Shown here piece after piece: positions 1 through 15,000 of a DNA stretch of 64,000 nucleotides (its first letter is position 1; the number at the start of each line of letters is the position of its first letter). A program made the position numbers and the translations under genes. The DNA comes from a virus. Taxonomy: Duplodnaviria; Caudoviricetes. Under the pieces are notes generated by a model. It made no database searches. It saw only the letters and a list, made by a program, of their open reading frames with translations, and was not told the origin of the DNA. Location of the stretch: the IMG/VR virus record IMGVR_UViG_3300014205_000177, positions 113,805 through 177,804 of that record; one strand, 5' to 3'.

Positions 1-3000
1 AAGATTCAGGAGTTAATTCTTTAACTTTATCTTCATCATCTTTCATCTTTCTGTGTTTTTCCATTAATTTAGAATATTCTTCACTAGTTACCTTTCTAGA
101 TAACTCAGATGGATTATTATATGACTCTTCTGATGGCTCAGTTCCATCATCAATTATTGAATTAAAATAATCTCTATATGATTTTTTGCTGGTACTTGCA
201 TCTTTTTCAAGTCCTGCTTTTTTATCATTAAACTTTTTATCTAATTGATTGTTGTATTCAGAATTAACATTTTTATCTGAAAGAAGTGTTTCAATTTGTT
301 TATTATCATTTTCTATTCCGGTTCTTTTTGCCAAATCAATAGCTTTTTTAATTGCAAAATTTGCTTTATTAGGTGCTATTTCATCTTTTTTCTCATCACT
401 CCATAAATGAGATATTGCAGCTATTGGAGAAATTACTCGAAGTGCTAGTGAAGCCTTATTGTTTTTAGATTCATATTCTCTTTTTAAAGATTCACGTTTT
501 GCTTCAAGTATTCTTTCACGAAAAATTCTAAATATATTACTTCTTTCCTCAAGTGTTTTCCCTTTTCCTTTATACATTGATGATTCTTGCAATATTGAAG
601 CTTGGGTATCTTGAGGCAATTCTTCTGTTGCTCCCATGGATTTAGCTAAATCCATTACCTTGGCAATAGAATTTTTATCTATTTCTCTTTCTCTTCTCTT
701 GTTTTCTCCATCATAATGAATTAAAGAATCTCTTTTAGATGGGTCATTTGTAGTATTTTTATGGGTTTTAACCATATTATAGATATTGTTTTGTTCTTCT
801 TTCTTTTCTATTTGATTGGCTTTTGAACCAAGTCTTTTTGAAACATAACCACCAGTTAAATATTTATCTGCTTGAGATATTGCCGTCGCAGACCTATCTA
901 AAATTTCTGATACAATTCCACCACCCTTTAGCATACCTGATTTATTAATATATCTTGATATTCCATTATTTCTGGAATTATATTCCCAATCTGTAAGTCC
1001 TACTGATTTTTTATAATTCTCATTTTCTTTTTGTGAAAAACCATCAATGTCATGTTTTTTACTACGAAAATATCCTTCAGAACCAAGCATATCTTGGGTT
1101 GCATTGATTCCACCACTCATAATAGCCATTGAAGGGTCTAATCCAAGAAACGCCAAATGAGAAGCCATCCCAACTGCATCTCCAATATCTTCTCTTCCTG
1201 TGATTCTTTCAGCTGCATATGATGTTAATGGAGCAGTCATAGATAAACCCATTCCAATAAGAGAACCCTTTGGATTCATAGCTCCTATTTTATTTATCCC
1301 TCTTGCAAGCTTCATTGGTGATTTCATCCATGATGGACTTTTCTCAATAGCCTTAGAAATATATGGAGTAGCTAATTTAGTAATACCTGTTTTGTCCCCT
1401 GCATATGAAGCAAGTTTTCCGCCCCATCCTCTAATTTTACTATTAAATGCTAAAAGTGGTAATGATTCAACTGCTGTATCACCCAAAGCCATTGGTATAT
1501 CTTTGTAATTATTAGTTTTAGCAAAATTGTTATATGCACTGCTTCCTGCGTACATTATAGAAGCTGCTGCTGTAGCAATTGAAGATTTAGGAGATTTAGA
1601 AAGAGCCTCATACAAGAAAGAACCAGAAACGGCAGATTTGCCAATTCCGCTAATTATAGATTTACTATCTCCTTTTTTGAAATCCTCAGCAGCATCCTTT
1701 CCATAATAATAAGCTGCCATTCCTGAAATGAACGAACTACCTGTTTTTTGGAAATTATCTCCAAACGATGGCTTAACTGCTGGTTCAAATGGAATTCCTT
1801 TGTTAGACATTCTTTCTCTTGCTATTCTACGAGAACGTTCTCCTGAAGTTTCAACCCTTACAGGTTCTTCAATTTTTTCTTTAGGTTTACGTCTATTTCT
1901 TATTTTTCTTGATTCTTCATCAAGTTTTCTTTTACGTGACACTGGTGTTGGTGGCTCTTGTCTTATTTCAATTTCATCTGCATAATCTTTTAATGTTTTA
2001 CTAACTTTAGGAAGTTTTTCACCTATTAATTCACCACCTTCTTTAAAAGTAAAGTTTTCCCCAATAATTTTTGCTAGTGGACCATATCCATTTTTACCAC
2101 CCATAATATCTGAAATAGTTTTTATTCTTGCATGTGGACTATTACCAGAAGATTCTAAGGCGTAATCAATTGATTTATATATGTTTTTATGTAATTTACC
2201 TGAACCTGATTTAGAAACAGGAGTGAAGTATGAATCAAGATTTATTCTACCCTTACTATATTTATTATCTAAAGCATGTGCTGCTGCTGAAGTAGATAAT
2301 TCATCAACTACCGTATCTCCTATATATCTAAATTTTTTATTATTTCTATTTGATAAATAATCCATTATACTATGATTTACTTCATGATTAGCATATCTAA
2401 CAGATTCTTTTGAAGATAGTCCTCTTCTTATATTTATTTCTTTTGTCAATGAATTAAAAGTACCATTAGCATCTTCTTGCATATTTTTTTGTAATTTAAT
2501 TTCTGGAATATGTCCAAAAACTGATTCTGCAACACTAGATGTTCTTTCCCCTATTTTCCCTTTATACATATCGTTTGGAGTAAAGAATTTTTTGATTGAT
2601 TTACCAATATTAGCAAATGTTTGTTTAGGCATTACAGCTAAAGGAATACCTAATGTAGCTAATCCTAATGCATTACTTCTTGAAGAATTTGAATTATTTT
2701 CTACACGTTCAGATGTAGGAGCTACTCTACTTATAACATTATAATTTATTTCTCTTGATTCAGCAGGAGTTATTACATCAGCACTTGTATTTCCTTTTTT
2801 TGATTCTTTCCATATTTTTTGTGCTTTTATAACCCCACTAAGATATGGGTTATTTAATGAATTAGCAGAACTAATAGCATTTTTTGCTCCACTGTCTAAA
2901 TTTTTACCAGTTTCTGATTCTTTACCAACTTTAGAAACTAATCTTTCTGCGATATTAGCTAAATGTAATAATATATTAGAAAGTTTTGATTGTGATTCTA

Positions 3001-6000
3001 CAAGCTTTGAACTCTCTTCTTGACGAACCATTTTATCCATTAAAGAACCAATTAATGAATGGTCTTTTGCATATTCTTTCATTCCTGTATCAGAAAAAAT
3101 TTCTTGTAAACTTATACCTGATTCTTTTTGTGACTCTATGAAACTTGCTATTGCTTGTTCTTGAGGAGAAGCTAATAACCAGTTTTTCATATATCCTGGG
3201 TCTCCACTCTTTCCAATTTCTTTTTCAGTATCTCCAAATTCTTTCATCAAAGAGAAAAATTCTTGGCTCATTCCACCCTTACCATAAAATGAATTTTCTT
3301 CAAGAGCATTAGTTATTCTTTTTGACAATTCAAACGCATCAGAAAGTCCACCTTTAGATAATTCTACTTGTGAACTTAATGTTCTTTCTGAACCCATCAT
3401 TTTATTTACAAAAAATTCAGTAGCAAGTTTTCTTTGAGTTTGCTCTCTTTGAGCTCTCATGTCTCCAACTTTATTATTTATCTCTTTTGTATTATTTAAA
3501 ATTGGAGATAGCGCATCTGAAAAACTCTTACTGTTTATTTCTGCTTGCCTTAACATTATTTTTTCTAAAGGTGTTATATCTTCACCCTTAGCTTTTATTC
3601 CTGCTATTTTATCATCTTCTATTTTCTTTGCTGCTTCTAGATTCTTTATTTGAGCTAAATTTATTAATAAATTATTTTCCTCCGAACCTGTATATCCACC
3701 AAGCAAATTACCCTTGGACGCTTCTCTTATAGCTTTTGATTTTGAATTTCTTATAATAAGACTTGTATTTTCATCTACTGGATTAATTTTAGCAGTGTTT
3801 TCTTCTAACATATTTAATAAATCAATATATGCTTTTTGTCTAGACTTAGATTCATTAATAGATTTTTCTTGACTAACTATTATGTCAGATAGACTTTTTC
3901 TTTCAGTTTCACTAGTTAATTTATTGTCACGCTTAAATTTATTGTTATCAACTTCAACCTGGTCTGATTCTATAGCTTTAGAAAAGTCACTTATTGCTTT
4001 TTCTTTTATTTTCTTTACAGAAGAGAAAATATTTTTAGTTATTTCTGCACTTTTTGTAATTACTTCAGAATCAACCATTGCAGCATCAGATTCTGTATAA
4101 TCACCAGTTTTTAATAATATCTCTCTTTTTCTTTTTTCTTTATAAAATCCTAAAGATTCTCTTGTGCTAGTTTGTACACCAGCTGTTTTTGAAACAAGGT
4201 CTATAATTTTCTTTTCATTTTCTTTTTCTGAGTCTGAAATACCGCTAGATTTTGAATATCTTTCCTTACCTATATTTGTAAATTTAGTTAATTCTTTTCT
4301 TAGTTTTTCTGGGTCATCTCCATATTTAGAGATAAGATGCTCTACGCTTACTCCAGTACCCTTAAATAAATCATTAAGTTCTTTCTTCATTAATTCGGCA
4401 GAAGTAAGATTTTCTGGTGATTCTTCACCAAGACTTGATAATTCAGCAGCTGACATTTTCTTTCTTGATTCTTGATTAACAAGAGTATTCACCATCTTTA
4501 TTGCTTTAATATCAAATCCACTTTTGAATTTTGACATATAAATAGAATTTTCCATTAACCCTGCAATACCAGAATTTTCATTATTAGATATTTCAGCTAA
4601 TCTTGAATTTATTTCTGCAAAATAATCTCTATTTGATTCTTCATTTGAAAGCTTCTTATAATCTTTAATATCAAAAGTAGATGTATCACCCATCAATTTA
4701 CTATAATTTGAACCAAAATCATTAAAAGATGCAAATCTACTGTCAAGTTCACTGTCAGAGTCTTTTGGTGTCAAGATTGACATCTTTTGGAAGTCTAATG
4801 GTTTAAATATTTTTCTTTCTAAACGTGTATAGTCATTAATTATTTCTTGGAATGAAGACTTGGCAGTTGTTGCAAATTGCTTTACTGATGTCATTGGCAA
4901 GTCAAACATTTCATCGCTTATTTCAGTTGTTGATAAAATAAATTCTTTTTTATCATCGTAAATACCGCCAAATTGTTTTTTAATTTCTTCTTTGGCTCTC
5001 TTTAGAACTTGAGTTTTGTTTAACCCTCTTTCTGTATCAAACCCTATAGTTTTTTGTTGATTAGTATAAACATCTTGAACAACAATTTTAAATTTCTTTA
5101 CGTTGTCTCCAACTTTTTGATACCCATCATTAAGCAATAAAAACATCTTATTTGTGTCTTTAGCCATTTGAAGTGCATCTTTATGTGGATTTAAACTTCT
5201 TCCACTCTCAGCAGTATCTTTAATTGCATTAAAACTTGTTTCTACATATTTATCTTTACCAAAAGTTTTAATATATGATTCTCTAGTTTTAACAAACCTT
5301 TCGTCAACTGTATCATTATTAAATACCCTACTTCCTCTTTCCCTTGCATCTGAGGATATTTGTCTTCCAGTTTCGTTAAACAAATCAATGAATGGCTCAA
5401 AAACTTTTTCAGCCTTTGTCTTTGCTTCTTCCATTCTTCCATAAACTTCATCCAACGCAGCGTCTAAATTATAAATTTTTGATTGATAATATACTTTATT
5501 ACTTTCTGATGTTGAACTATCCATTTTACCTACAAGAATTTTTCTTGTATCTGTTAATTCTTTTGCCCTGTCTCTTTCTTCTGCTAGATTTTCTGAAATA
5601 GATGATATTGCGGTTTTACCAAAAATTCCACCATCTGTCATAAATGCCTTTTTATAGGCTAAATTCATCCTTAATTCATCTTTTCTTTTTTCTCTAATTT
5701 CACCTTCTTGAGACATTTTTGAAACAAATTCTTCACTTAGTGATGGAAATCCATTTTTAAATACTACAGATTCTGGATTAGCTCTCATTAATATAGATGT
5801 TGCATTTTTAAGATTTGAATTTTCTAAAGTTGTTAGTATTTCTCCTTTTTCTTGTTTGCCAGTAAGCTTTTCATAAGTAGAAATAGAACTAGTTATTGAT
5901 TTTATTTTACTAGATTCTTTTTCTATCATTGCAACTGTTTTTCTATCGCTTCCACTCCAATATTCGGATATATTGTTAATTAAATCTTTAATATCAGATG

Positions 6001-9000
6001 CCATAGTTAATCCGGCAATGGTTAAACCTACAGCTCCACCTGCGAATTTACCACCTTTCCCACCAACCATATTGGAAACTTTTTGTCCAGCCATAAGTGC
6101 CATTGGAGCTATTGCAGCTCCAGAGCCTAGAGTATTAAGAGTGTCCCCAGTAAGACTTCTTCCAGAAATTGATTCTTTATCTTCAAATGTTTGTGCAAAA
6201 ACTTTTAAACCAACACCTGCTGCCATCATAGCAACCATGTTTTGCTTTACAAATTCAGATATTTTTATAGGTATTTGACCAGGTTCTTTTTGAATTATTG
6301 CATTTTGAGTTGTTTTGTCTATTTGAGAATTAAACTGTGTCCTAACTTTACCCTCAACAGTTTTTCTTTCTTCTTCACTAAATCTTGATACACCTTTTTC
6401 ACCATAATGGGATACCATAATCTTCTTTATTATTTCATTTTCATCTGAAGATTCCATTTTTTGAAGTTTATTATATTGATAATCATACATGGCTGGATTA
6501 TAAAGAGCTCTTGTTTTTCCAGTATAATCTTTTTTCAAATAAGAAGAAACCTCTTTAGCTGTTATTTTAGCTATTCTTGATTCCTCTGTCTTATGATTAA
6601 TCCATCTATCTGCACCAGAATAAGAAATTGTTCTTGCTATTGCTGTGCCAGCTCCAAAAACAGTTCCTCCAACCGCAGCTAACCCAGCTATTCCACTTGG
6701 CATACTATTCAATATTCCAAATATATTAGTAAGAGTATTAGAGAAATAAGTTAGAATTGATTTACCGCCACTTTCTCCAACTTTAGCATAAAATGAATCT
6801 ACACTAGCTTTCATTACTTCAACTTTTTTAGCATAAGTATCCATTATTAACATATTTTTTTGCATAGCTGAACCAGTAGAATCTTCACTCATTTTTGCTG
6901 CTTGAAGAACTTCATCCCATTGGTCCATTAATACCATCATTGTATTATATCTTCTTGCACCTGCTATTGTAACGGCTGCATTTTCTTTTTGAACTGTTGA
7001 TAAAGTAGTCCATTTTGATGCTAAATCTTGCATAATAGTAAATGAATCTCTAAATCCTCCATCTACATTATAAACTGCTACACCAAGATTTTGAAGAGCA
7101 GTTATAGATTCTTCCACTCTTAAATGTGAAAGTATATATTTAAATGAATTCCCTAAAGAATTACCTGTATCTCTTGTTGCAGAACCTACCGCAGAAACTA
7201 TACCGTTAAATTCATGAAAAGACATGCCAGAAACTCTAGCTGATGTACCGGCTTGTTTTACAGCATCAGAAAGGTTTTTAGAAGTAACAGCAGTTCTAGC
7301 TCCTACTTCAGTCCATGAGTCAATAATTGATAATGTCTTAGAATCTTCTATGCCAAATTGTCTTGTAGCTGCTGTAAGTGCCTCAGTAGCTTCTGTAGCC
7401 TTGAATCCAGCCACATTAGAAGCTAATAGTGATGCATTGGTTAAAGTTATTACATCAGATGTGCTTTTACCTTGTTGTGCAAATACAGCCATGGAATCGA
7501 CTACTTCTATTATATTTGTGCCATATATTGATGACATCTTCTTTGCACTGTCTGAAAGTCTTTCTGTAGAAGTCATCATTGGGTCCATAACTTTATTTAC
7601 ATTGACAAGAGCTGTCTCATAACTTGCCATTACTTTTGTTGCTTCTGCTATTTTATTAGTCATTCCGTAGAATGCATAAGAAAGACCTCCATATAAAACT
7701 ACTCTATTTATTACAGAATTAACTAATTTACCCTGAGATTGTTCTTGTCTATAATTCTTTGACATTGTACTGTCATATTCTTTTGAAATCTTTGAAGCTT
7801 GTGTAGAACTCATCAAAGCAGCCGCTGGGAAAGATTCTATTTTTGGGAGATTTTTAGCTGTTCTTTTCTTATTTTCGTTTTCAATATGACTTAATAATAC
7901 ACCCTTAGTTACAGATGCTATATGCTCTGGATTGCTTGTTCCAGGAGCATCTCTCAAGTCTCTTACAGTTGCTTCGTATGCAGATATTTTAACTGTTTCT
8001 GTTTCAAACTCTCCGTTCTTTTTTACCTTTTTGGGATTTACAATTTTTATTTCTTCTGCATCTGATAGTGATAATTTTTCTTCTTCTTTTTTATTTATCT
8101 TAGAAACAATATTCTTCATTATTGCTTCTCTTCTGCTGTCTTTTTCAACAGACATAGTTAATGCATATGTCAATAATCTTTTTGAATATTCTTCGTTTGT
8201 CTCAGATTTTGTTTTTTGTAATCTATCTTTAGTAACATCTACTGCTGTAATAGGTTGACTTTCTTTTAATATTGGTTTTAAAACCTCTTTAAATACTTGT
8301 TGACCTTCTGGAGAACTTGGCATTTTTTCTTGTACTTTATAACCAACATCGGCTACTATGGCAGTTTTACCTTCTTTGATTAATCCTATTTCAGCCATTG
8401 ATTGTGCGTCGTTTTTATATAAAGCTTTAGAACTTACAGTTTGAAAATATTTTTCAAACATCTTAATTCTTTGTCTAATGTCTTCTCTAACTGCTTTTTG
8501 TACTTCAGCAATATTTACACTTATATCTCCGTCTTTATATGAAGGACCACTAGTTTCTCCAACTTTTGGTCTAATAGGTGGCACATTAGTAGGAATTTCA
8601 GGAGTTTCTGCTTCTACTTTTATCTTTTTACCCCTACCATTATTTTTACCACTTAATGAATCTTTGTTATTTAAATTATTAGATTGTTGTTCTACTTTTA
8701 AGGCTGCTAAACGTGAATTAGATGAAGCGTTTTCTGCGTTTGCCGCTTCTAAATCTGAACTAGATGGAAGACTTGTTTCTTCTATGTTTGGTAAATTTAA
8801 TTTTTGGTTATTTACACCTTTACCGCTATCAATAATAAACTTGACTAGACTAATCATATTGTCAGTCACTTTACTCATATTTGATATGCTTTTAGAAACT
8901 ATAGTACTAAGATTTAATACTCCTCTTTCTATTTGAAGAAGAACATTCTCTATTTTATTTAATCCAGAAAATTGACCATTAGTTACAGGAGTAGATTCAC

Positions 9001-12000
9001 TAATAGCTTCACCTGCTTTTGTCACAGCTTTTTCTTTCATCTTTTTAGCTAATATAGCAGCATCCATTTGACTACTAGGGATTACTTCTTTATCAGGAAT
9101 TACTTCTTTATCAGTAATTACTTTTTCGTTATCTAATTCTTCAATCCTTTTGTCAATCTGTTCTTTTCTTTTTTTAATTTGTTTCTTTATACTTAACTTT
9201 TCTTCTGATGCTATTTTAACTTCTTCTAATTTTTTCTCATCAGGAATAGGTTTTTCTAAATTTTGACGTTCTCCATTATTATGTCTTAAAACTGTCATAA
9301 AACTATCTGTGTTTTCTTTACTCGAAGAAACCTTATCAAGACTTTCATTATCAAGACCATAATATGAAAATTTTTCTCTTAATGCAGATATTCTTTTTTC
9401 AACAGAATCTCTATTATTAAATTTGTCTTTTTTACCTTCTACTTCCATTCTTTGTAAATTAAGTTCTTCCATTTCTTGTATGGACTCTTTTTCTTTTTTA
9501 GAAAGTAATGAGGCTTCTGTTTTACCGTTTTTACTAAGAGCGTTTTGATATGTCTTTGTTGATTTCAAATTGTTCATTTTCTTCAATATAGAAGCATGTG
9601 TTATATCTAAAGGTTTTATATCTTGTGGGATATTCCCTAATTCCAATTTCGATTCTTGGTATTCTTTAAGTCCGTTTTCTATGTCATTATAATCTAATAT
9701 TGACATGTTAGAATTACTTGTAATTTTATTAAATTTTTCTAAACCATTCTCGTTACCGAATACATTGTTTAATAAATTTTTCTTACTATTAAGTAAATAT
9801 TGTATATAATTAACTTGTTCTTGTGGATTCTGATGACCTTTAATATTGTCTTGATTAAATGGAGATTCGTATCCTTCTGTTTTCTTCTTTCTTTGTTTTA
9901 TAAAATCTTTTATAGTTTCAAATTTTTCTCCATCAGGTCTGTGTAAATTAGCACCAAAAGCTGCAAAATTATCAGCATTTACCCCAGACATAATATTATT
10001 TTTACCTGAAACAATATCAATCATTCCTTGTAATAAAGCTTCGGGATTTTCTACATTCCCACCTCCAGCAAGTTGTATTAAGCTTTGAGAACTTTCTATT
10101 ATTTTAGAAAATGCTTCTATTTCTTTTTTTGGCATACCTTTAGGAGTATTAGCTAGTATTAAATCCTTTATACTGTCCATATTTCCATGCATTTGTACTG
10201 CACTGTAATTTCTTCCTAAAAGTCTTGTTGAAACACTCATACCTTCTTTCATAAAAGAAGGAAAAACATTTTCATATAAATTATCTAAAGAACCTTTTTT
10301 AGATTCAAGTTTTGCTATATCTTTAGATACTTTTAATCTTTCACTAGATGCTGGTAAAGTCTTTTTAAATAATTTTTCTTTTTCTTTAATTTGACTAACT
10401 ATCTTTTTATATTCTGGGTCATATTTTTTAGCTGTTTGCAATATCCCCTTTAATACACTATCTGTATCATTACTAGATGAAGAGATTATATTTAATGATT
10501 CATTTAATGTTTTTGATTCTTCTTCTGTAATGTTTCCACCACGAAATTCATAATCTTGTACTAATTGATAAACAGTTTTAAGAGCATTATAAGAATATTT
10601 AGTTTTTGCTTCTATATCTTTATCTATTGTGTTGCCCTTTTTATCTAAATTTTTATTATAAGCTTCAAAATCCTTTATAATATTTTCATTAACTTTGAAT
10701 TTACCTAAAGAACCAAAATCTTTTTTCTCTAAATCTAAACCACTAAGAACTATTCCTACATCTCCAAGTTTTTCAACTCCACTTCCAATATTTGGGGATA
10801 TTTTATTCTTTAAGAAATCTGCTAAAACACTTATATTATCTCCTGATTCTACATATTTAGTATCTTTTATATCAAACTTTTTATTTCCATATTTTACTAT
10901 TCCATCTTTACTCATTATTTCTTCATGAGCTTTTTCAAGTGCATTACCCTTGCCGAACAGTCTACCTGCTAATTCTTGAGCACCTGCATTGTTTTTTGCT
11001 TCTTTATATGCTGATTCTATTTCCATATGAGATGAAAGTTTATCCTGATAATTTTTATCATTTAAAAATTCTTTCGTTCCAAATTCTGGTCTTAATTTAC
11101 TACCAATTCCATCTTCTATAGCTTTAATTACTCCTTCTGGTGAGTAATCTTCGTTACCTTTTAAATATCTTGATATATCTTTTTCTTGTGAAACTTTTTC
11201 ATTTTCATCAGAATATCCAATCTTATCAACAAGAAATTTTACTATAGAGTTTTTAATCTCTCTACCAGATAATGAAAACTGTGCTTTTTTTGTTCCTATA
11301 TCATTATCAAAATATTTATTAGAATGATTGCTAATTGATGAAAGATTTTGAGGATTAAAAAGAACCGATTCTGTTGCAGGAATAGGAAATTTTGAATCTC
11401 TCCCTATTGATTCAAATTGATTCTTTTTAGTAGTAGAAATATCACCAATCATTCCTATTAAATTTTCTACAGCAAGACCAATAGGTGAAGAATCTGTATA
11501 TCCTGCAAACATACTTGAAGTAGCACCTGAAGCTAAACCCATTACTTCTGGTGAATATTTATGGTCTGGACTGTCTCCTCCGGCTAATTTTCTAAATGCT
11601 GTTTCACCAGAAAGGTTTAAATTAGACTTAGCTAATAAATTTTCTATAATAGAAATAAGTTTTAAATATTCTTTATTCTCTGAAATATTACTTTTTCTAA
11701 CCAATGAACCTGGTTCTATTCTATCATGATATTGATTTAAAATTTCTTGACCAGAAGCAATAGTTTCTGGAGTTATTACTGATTCTTTATCAAATAAACC
11801 TCCCCAGTTACCGTTTTTGGGACCAGTAATTGTTTCATAATTACCAATATTTGAGTTTTTTCTTACTCTCTTATTAACTGCTGTGCTTAAATTTCTACCC
11901 ATTGCTTCAAGCATTGGACCAGGAACTGATACATCTTTTTCATGCTCTTGTCCATCTTCAGTTTCCCATGTTTTTATTTTATAATTAGAAAATCCTACTG

Positions 12001-15000
12001 AGTTCTGAATAAATTGAGTAATATCATTACTATGTTCTCTAACACTTTCTCTTGATTGTCTAATCAAATTTTGAGCAATATTTTTCTCATGAACAGCATT
12101 CATTCTATCCTTACTTTCCAATCCTTCATTTATTTCACTTTTAGCTATTTCTCTTGTTTTTGCATATCTTGCTATTTCCTGTTCACTCATACCAGGGAAT
12201 TTCATTCCTAATGTTTTTAAAGCTTCTTTTCTTTGAGATATTGAATCTTTGTAAAATTCATTATTACCAAGATGTTCTTCTTCCAAATTATAAATATCTT
12301 TATAAATAGGAGTTTTCTCTTGTTCACTTTTCACATCCTTTAATTTTGCAAATAATTCTTTTCTTTTTTTAATAAATTCATCAAAAGAAGATACTTCAGA
12401 TTTTGCGTCGGCGTATGTTGTTATTTCTTTTACAGAATTAAGAACTGAATCATCTCCAAATAATATATTTGCCCCTGATTGCATTGATGGGACTGCTTCT
12501 GGATGTTCTTTATGTAAACCATGTGTTAACTTTCTTATCAAAGGATGTATTTTAGATTCAGATTCTTTTAATTGTTTTTTAAGTTTATCTTGTTGTCTTT
12601 TTGAACTATTTTCTGGTTTAGATAATGAAGATTTAATATTATCATAATCAACTAAATTTTGTTGTATACTAGAGTATTCTGAATTTTCTGTATTAACTCC
12701 ATTTTTGTAATCTTCTATAGAATTAACTAATCCAGTCAATCCTTTAAAGTCAGCTAGTGTCAACCCATAACCACTAAGCATCGCAGATTTTTTACTACTC
12801 TTAACTGTCATGCTTGAAGTGTGAAATAAATCAGGAAATAAACCTTTATTAACATTATCTGAAAGTACTGCTCCTTTTAATGAAGCTCTTTGTATATTAG
12901 AATTTTTAATAGCAATTAAATATTCAATTAACTTATCTATATTAGATTCATTAACCATCTCATTTAATACTTTTTTATTAAGTTTATTTTTATTAATATC
13001 TTGAATTAAACTTCTTAATAAATTAACTTTTTCTTCTTTATTTCCTGATACATCTTTTAATGAACCAGAAGTGTTATCATCTCCTACTAATCCTACAATT
13101 GAAGTTTTCCATATTTCTGATATTGCATTTTTATTTTTAGAATCTGAACTCAAACCTTTTATCTTTGAAAAATTAGATAACGCACTTAATCCTTCAGAAA
13201 TTTGACCTGATTGAACATAACTTAAACCCATATCTTCCATAATTTTATTTATATTCGAACTTGTTCTTTGAGTTCCACCTTTTCTTAATGCTATAGACTC
13301 TCTTCCTACATTTCTTAACTCATCAGATGATTTGTCTGAAAGAGATTTATTACCTGAAAAACCTCCTCTATAATTATTTGTAATAATAGACATTGGTCCA
13401 TTTTCAGTATTTAACATTTCTAATAACATAGCAGTAGATGGTGATGAAGATTTTTTATTAAATTCATTATCTTGATTAAATGCTCTCCATGACTCTTCTA
13501 TAATTTTAATTTTTTGAGGTTCTGAAAGAGTTACACCGTTTCTATCTTTTATATTATTATTTTTGAAATAATCCATTACTATCTTGCGATATTCTGACTT
13601 CATTTTTTCTATATTTTTTTGACTAGTATCTGAGCCTTGTTGACTATTAATTATATCATTAAAATGTTCTTCCATGCTATCTTGAGAAGATGCTTTTAAA
13701 TCAAAAAATCCAATCTTTATATTATTATGTTTTTTACCTTCTGAAACTTTTAATTTTTTATTTAAATAATCATCAATATTTTTATCAGTAGCACCATAGT
13801 CTTTAAAAAGCTTTCTTTGTTCTTTTGTTATTTTTTTAGTTTCTAATACCTTTTCATATTCTTTTCTTAACTCTATTGGCATTCCATCATCAACAGCAAC
13901 TTCATTTATAGCATTTTCATTAAATTCTGAATCCGATGCTTTTTCTTTAAAATTACCCATTTTAGCTTGTCTTATATATGCTCTTAAATTTTTAAATGCT
14001 TCTGGAGCACCTTGTTTGCCTCTAGTAACAACAGGATTTGAACTACTTACATTTAAAGAATGGAGAGCCATCCCTATTTCGTTATTAACATCAGCTTGAA
14101 CTGCTAAAGAATGTTCTGATAAAGGCTTTTGTACTTGTTTCATAGAATCTGTTTTTTCATCATACACTCTAGTTGATATTGGCATTCTACCAATATGCTT
14201 AGAAATATAACTTTGTTCATCTTCTCCTTCTTTACGTTCATCCCATTTAAATCTTTTACCAAACAATTCTTTCATTACTGATGTTTGTGATGGGAAAAAT
14301 TGTTTTTCTAGATACCTTGAAGAAGAAGCAGCATTTAAAGCTCCCTTTTGGAAATCTCTATTTATCAACCTCTTATCTGAACCAAAGCTTCCAAAAGACA
14401 TAGGAGATGAATTGCTAAAATATTGACTGACACTAGCTCTAATCATTTTTGCATAATTTTGTATAGCACGTTCAGATTGAATACCTTGAGATTCTATGAA
14501 TTTTAATATTCCAGACCTCAAAGACTCTTGTTTTTTAGATAAGTTTTTATCTTCTATATTAAGTGCTTTATCAATATCTGATGATACATTAGAAAAATCT
14601 TTAGATTTTATTAAAATATTAGATACTAAAGAAGATGCTAAATTAGCGGAACCACGAGCACCCATTCCATATGATTCAATATTGCTTGATAACTCATTTT
14701 TTAAATTGTTTTTTGAATTTTTATCAAGCTTTAATCCACTTTTTTTAACTTCAATTAATGATGCTATTTGAGTTGCAATTTCATTAATATTTATATTTGC
14801 AGTTTTTGGTTCTTTTTGTGCTAAATTTTCTAAACCAGTACCTTTATAGGCTGCTCTTGTATGAACATTTTCATGAACTCCAACTAAAAGTTCGCCTTCT
14901 TGGGAAAGACCTGGCTTTATATAAATGTTTGAATTTTGTCCAGAGTGTTCTACTCTACCAACTTCATTTTCTGAAAATTTTCCTCCATTAATGACTTTTA

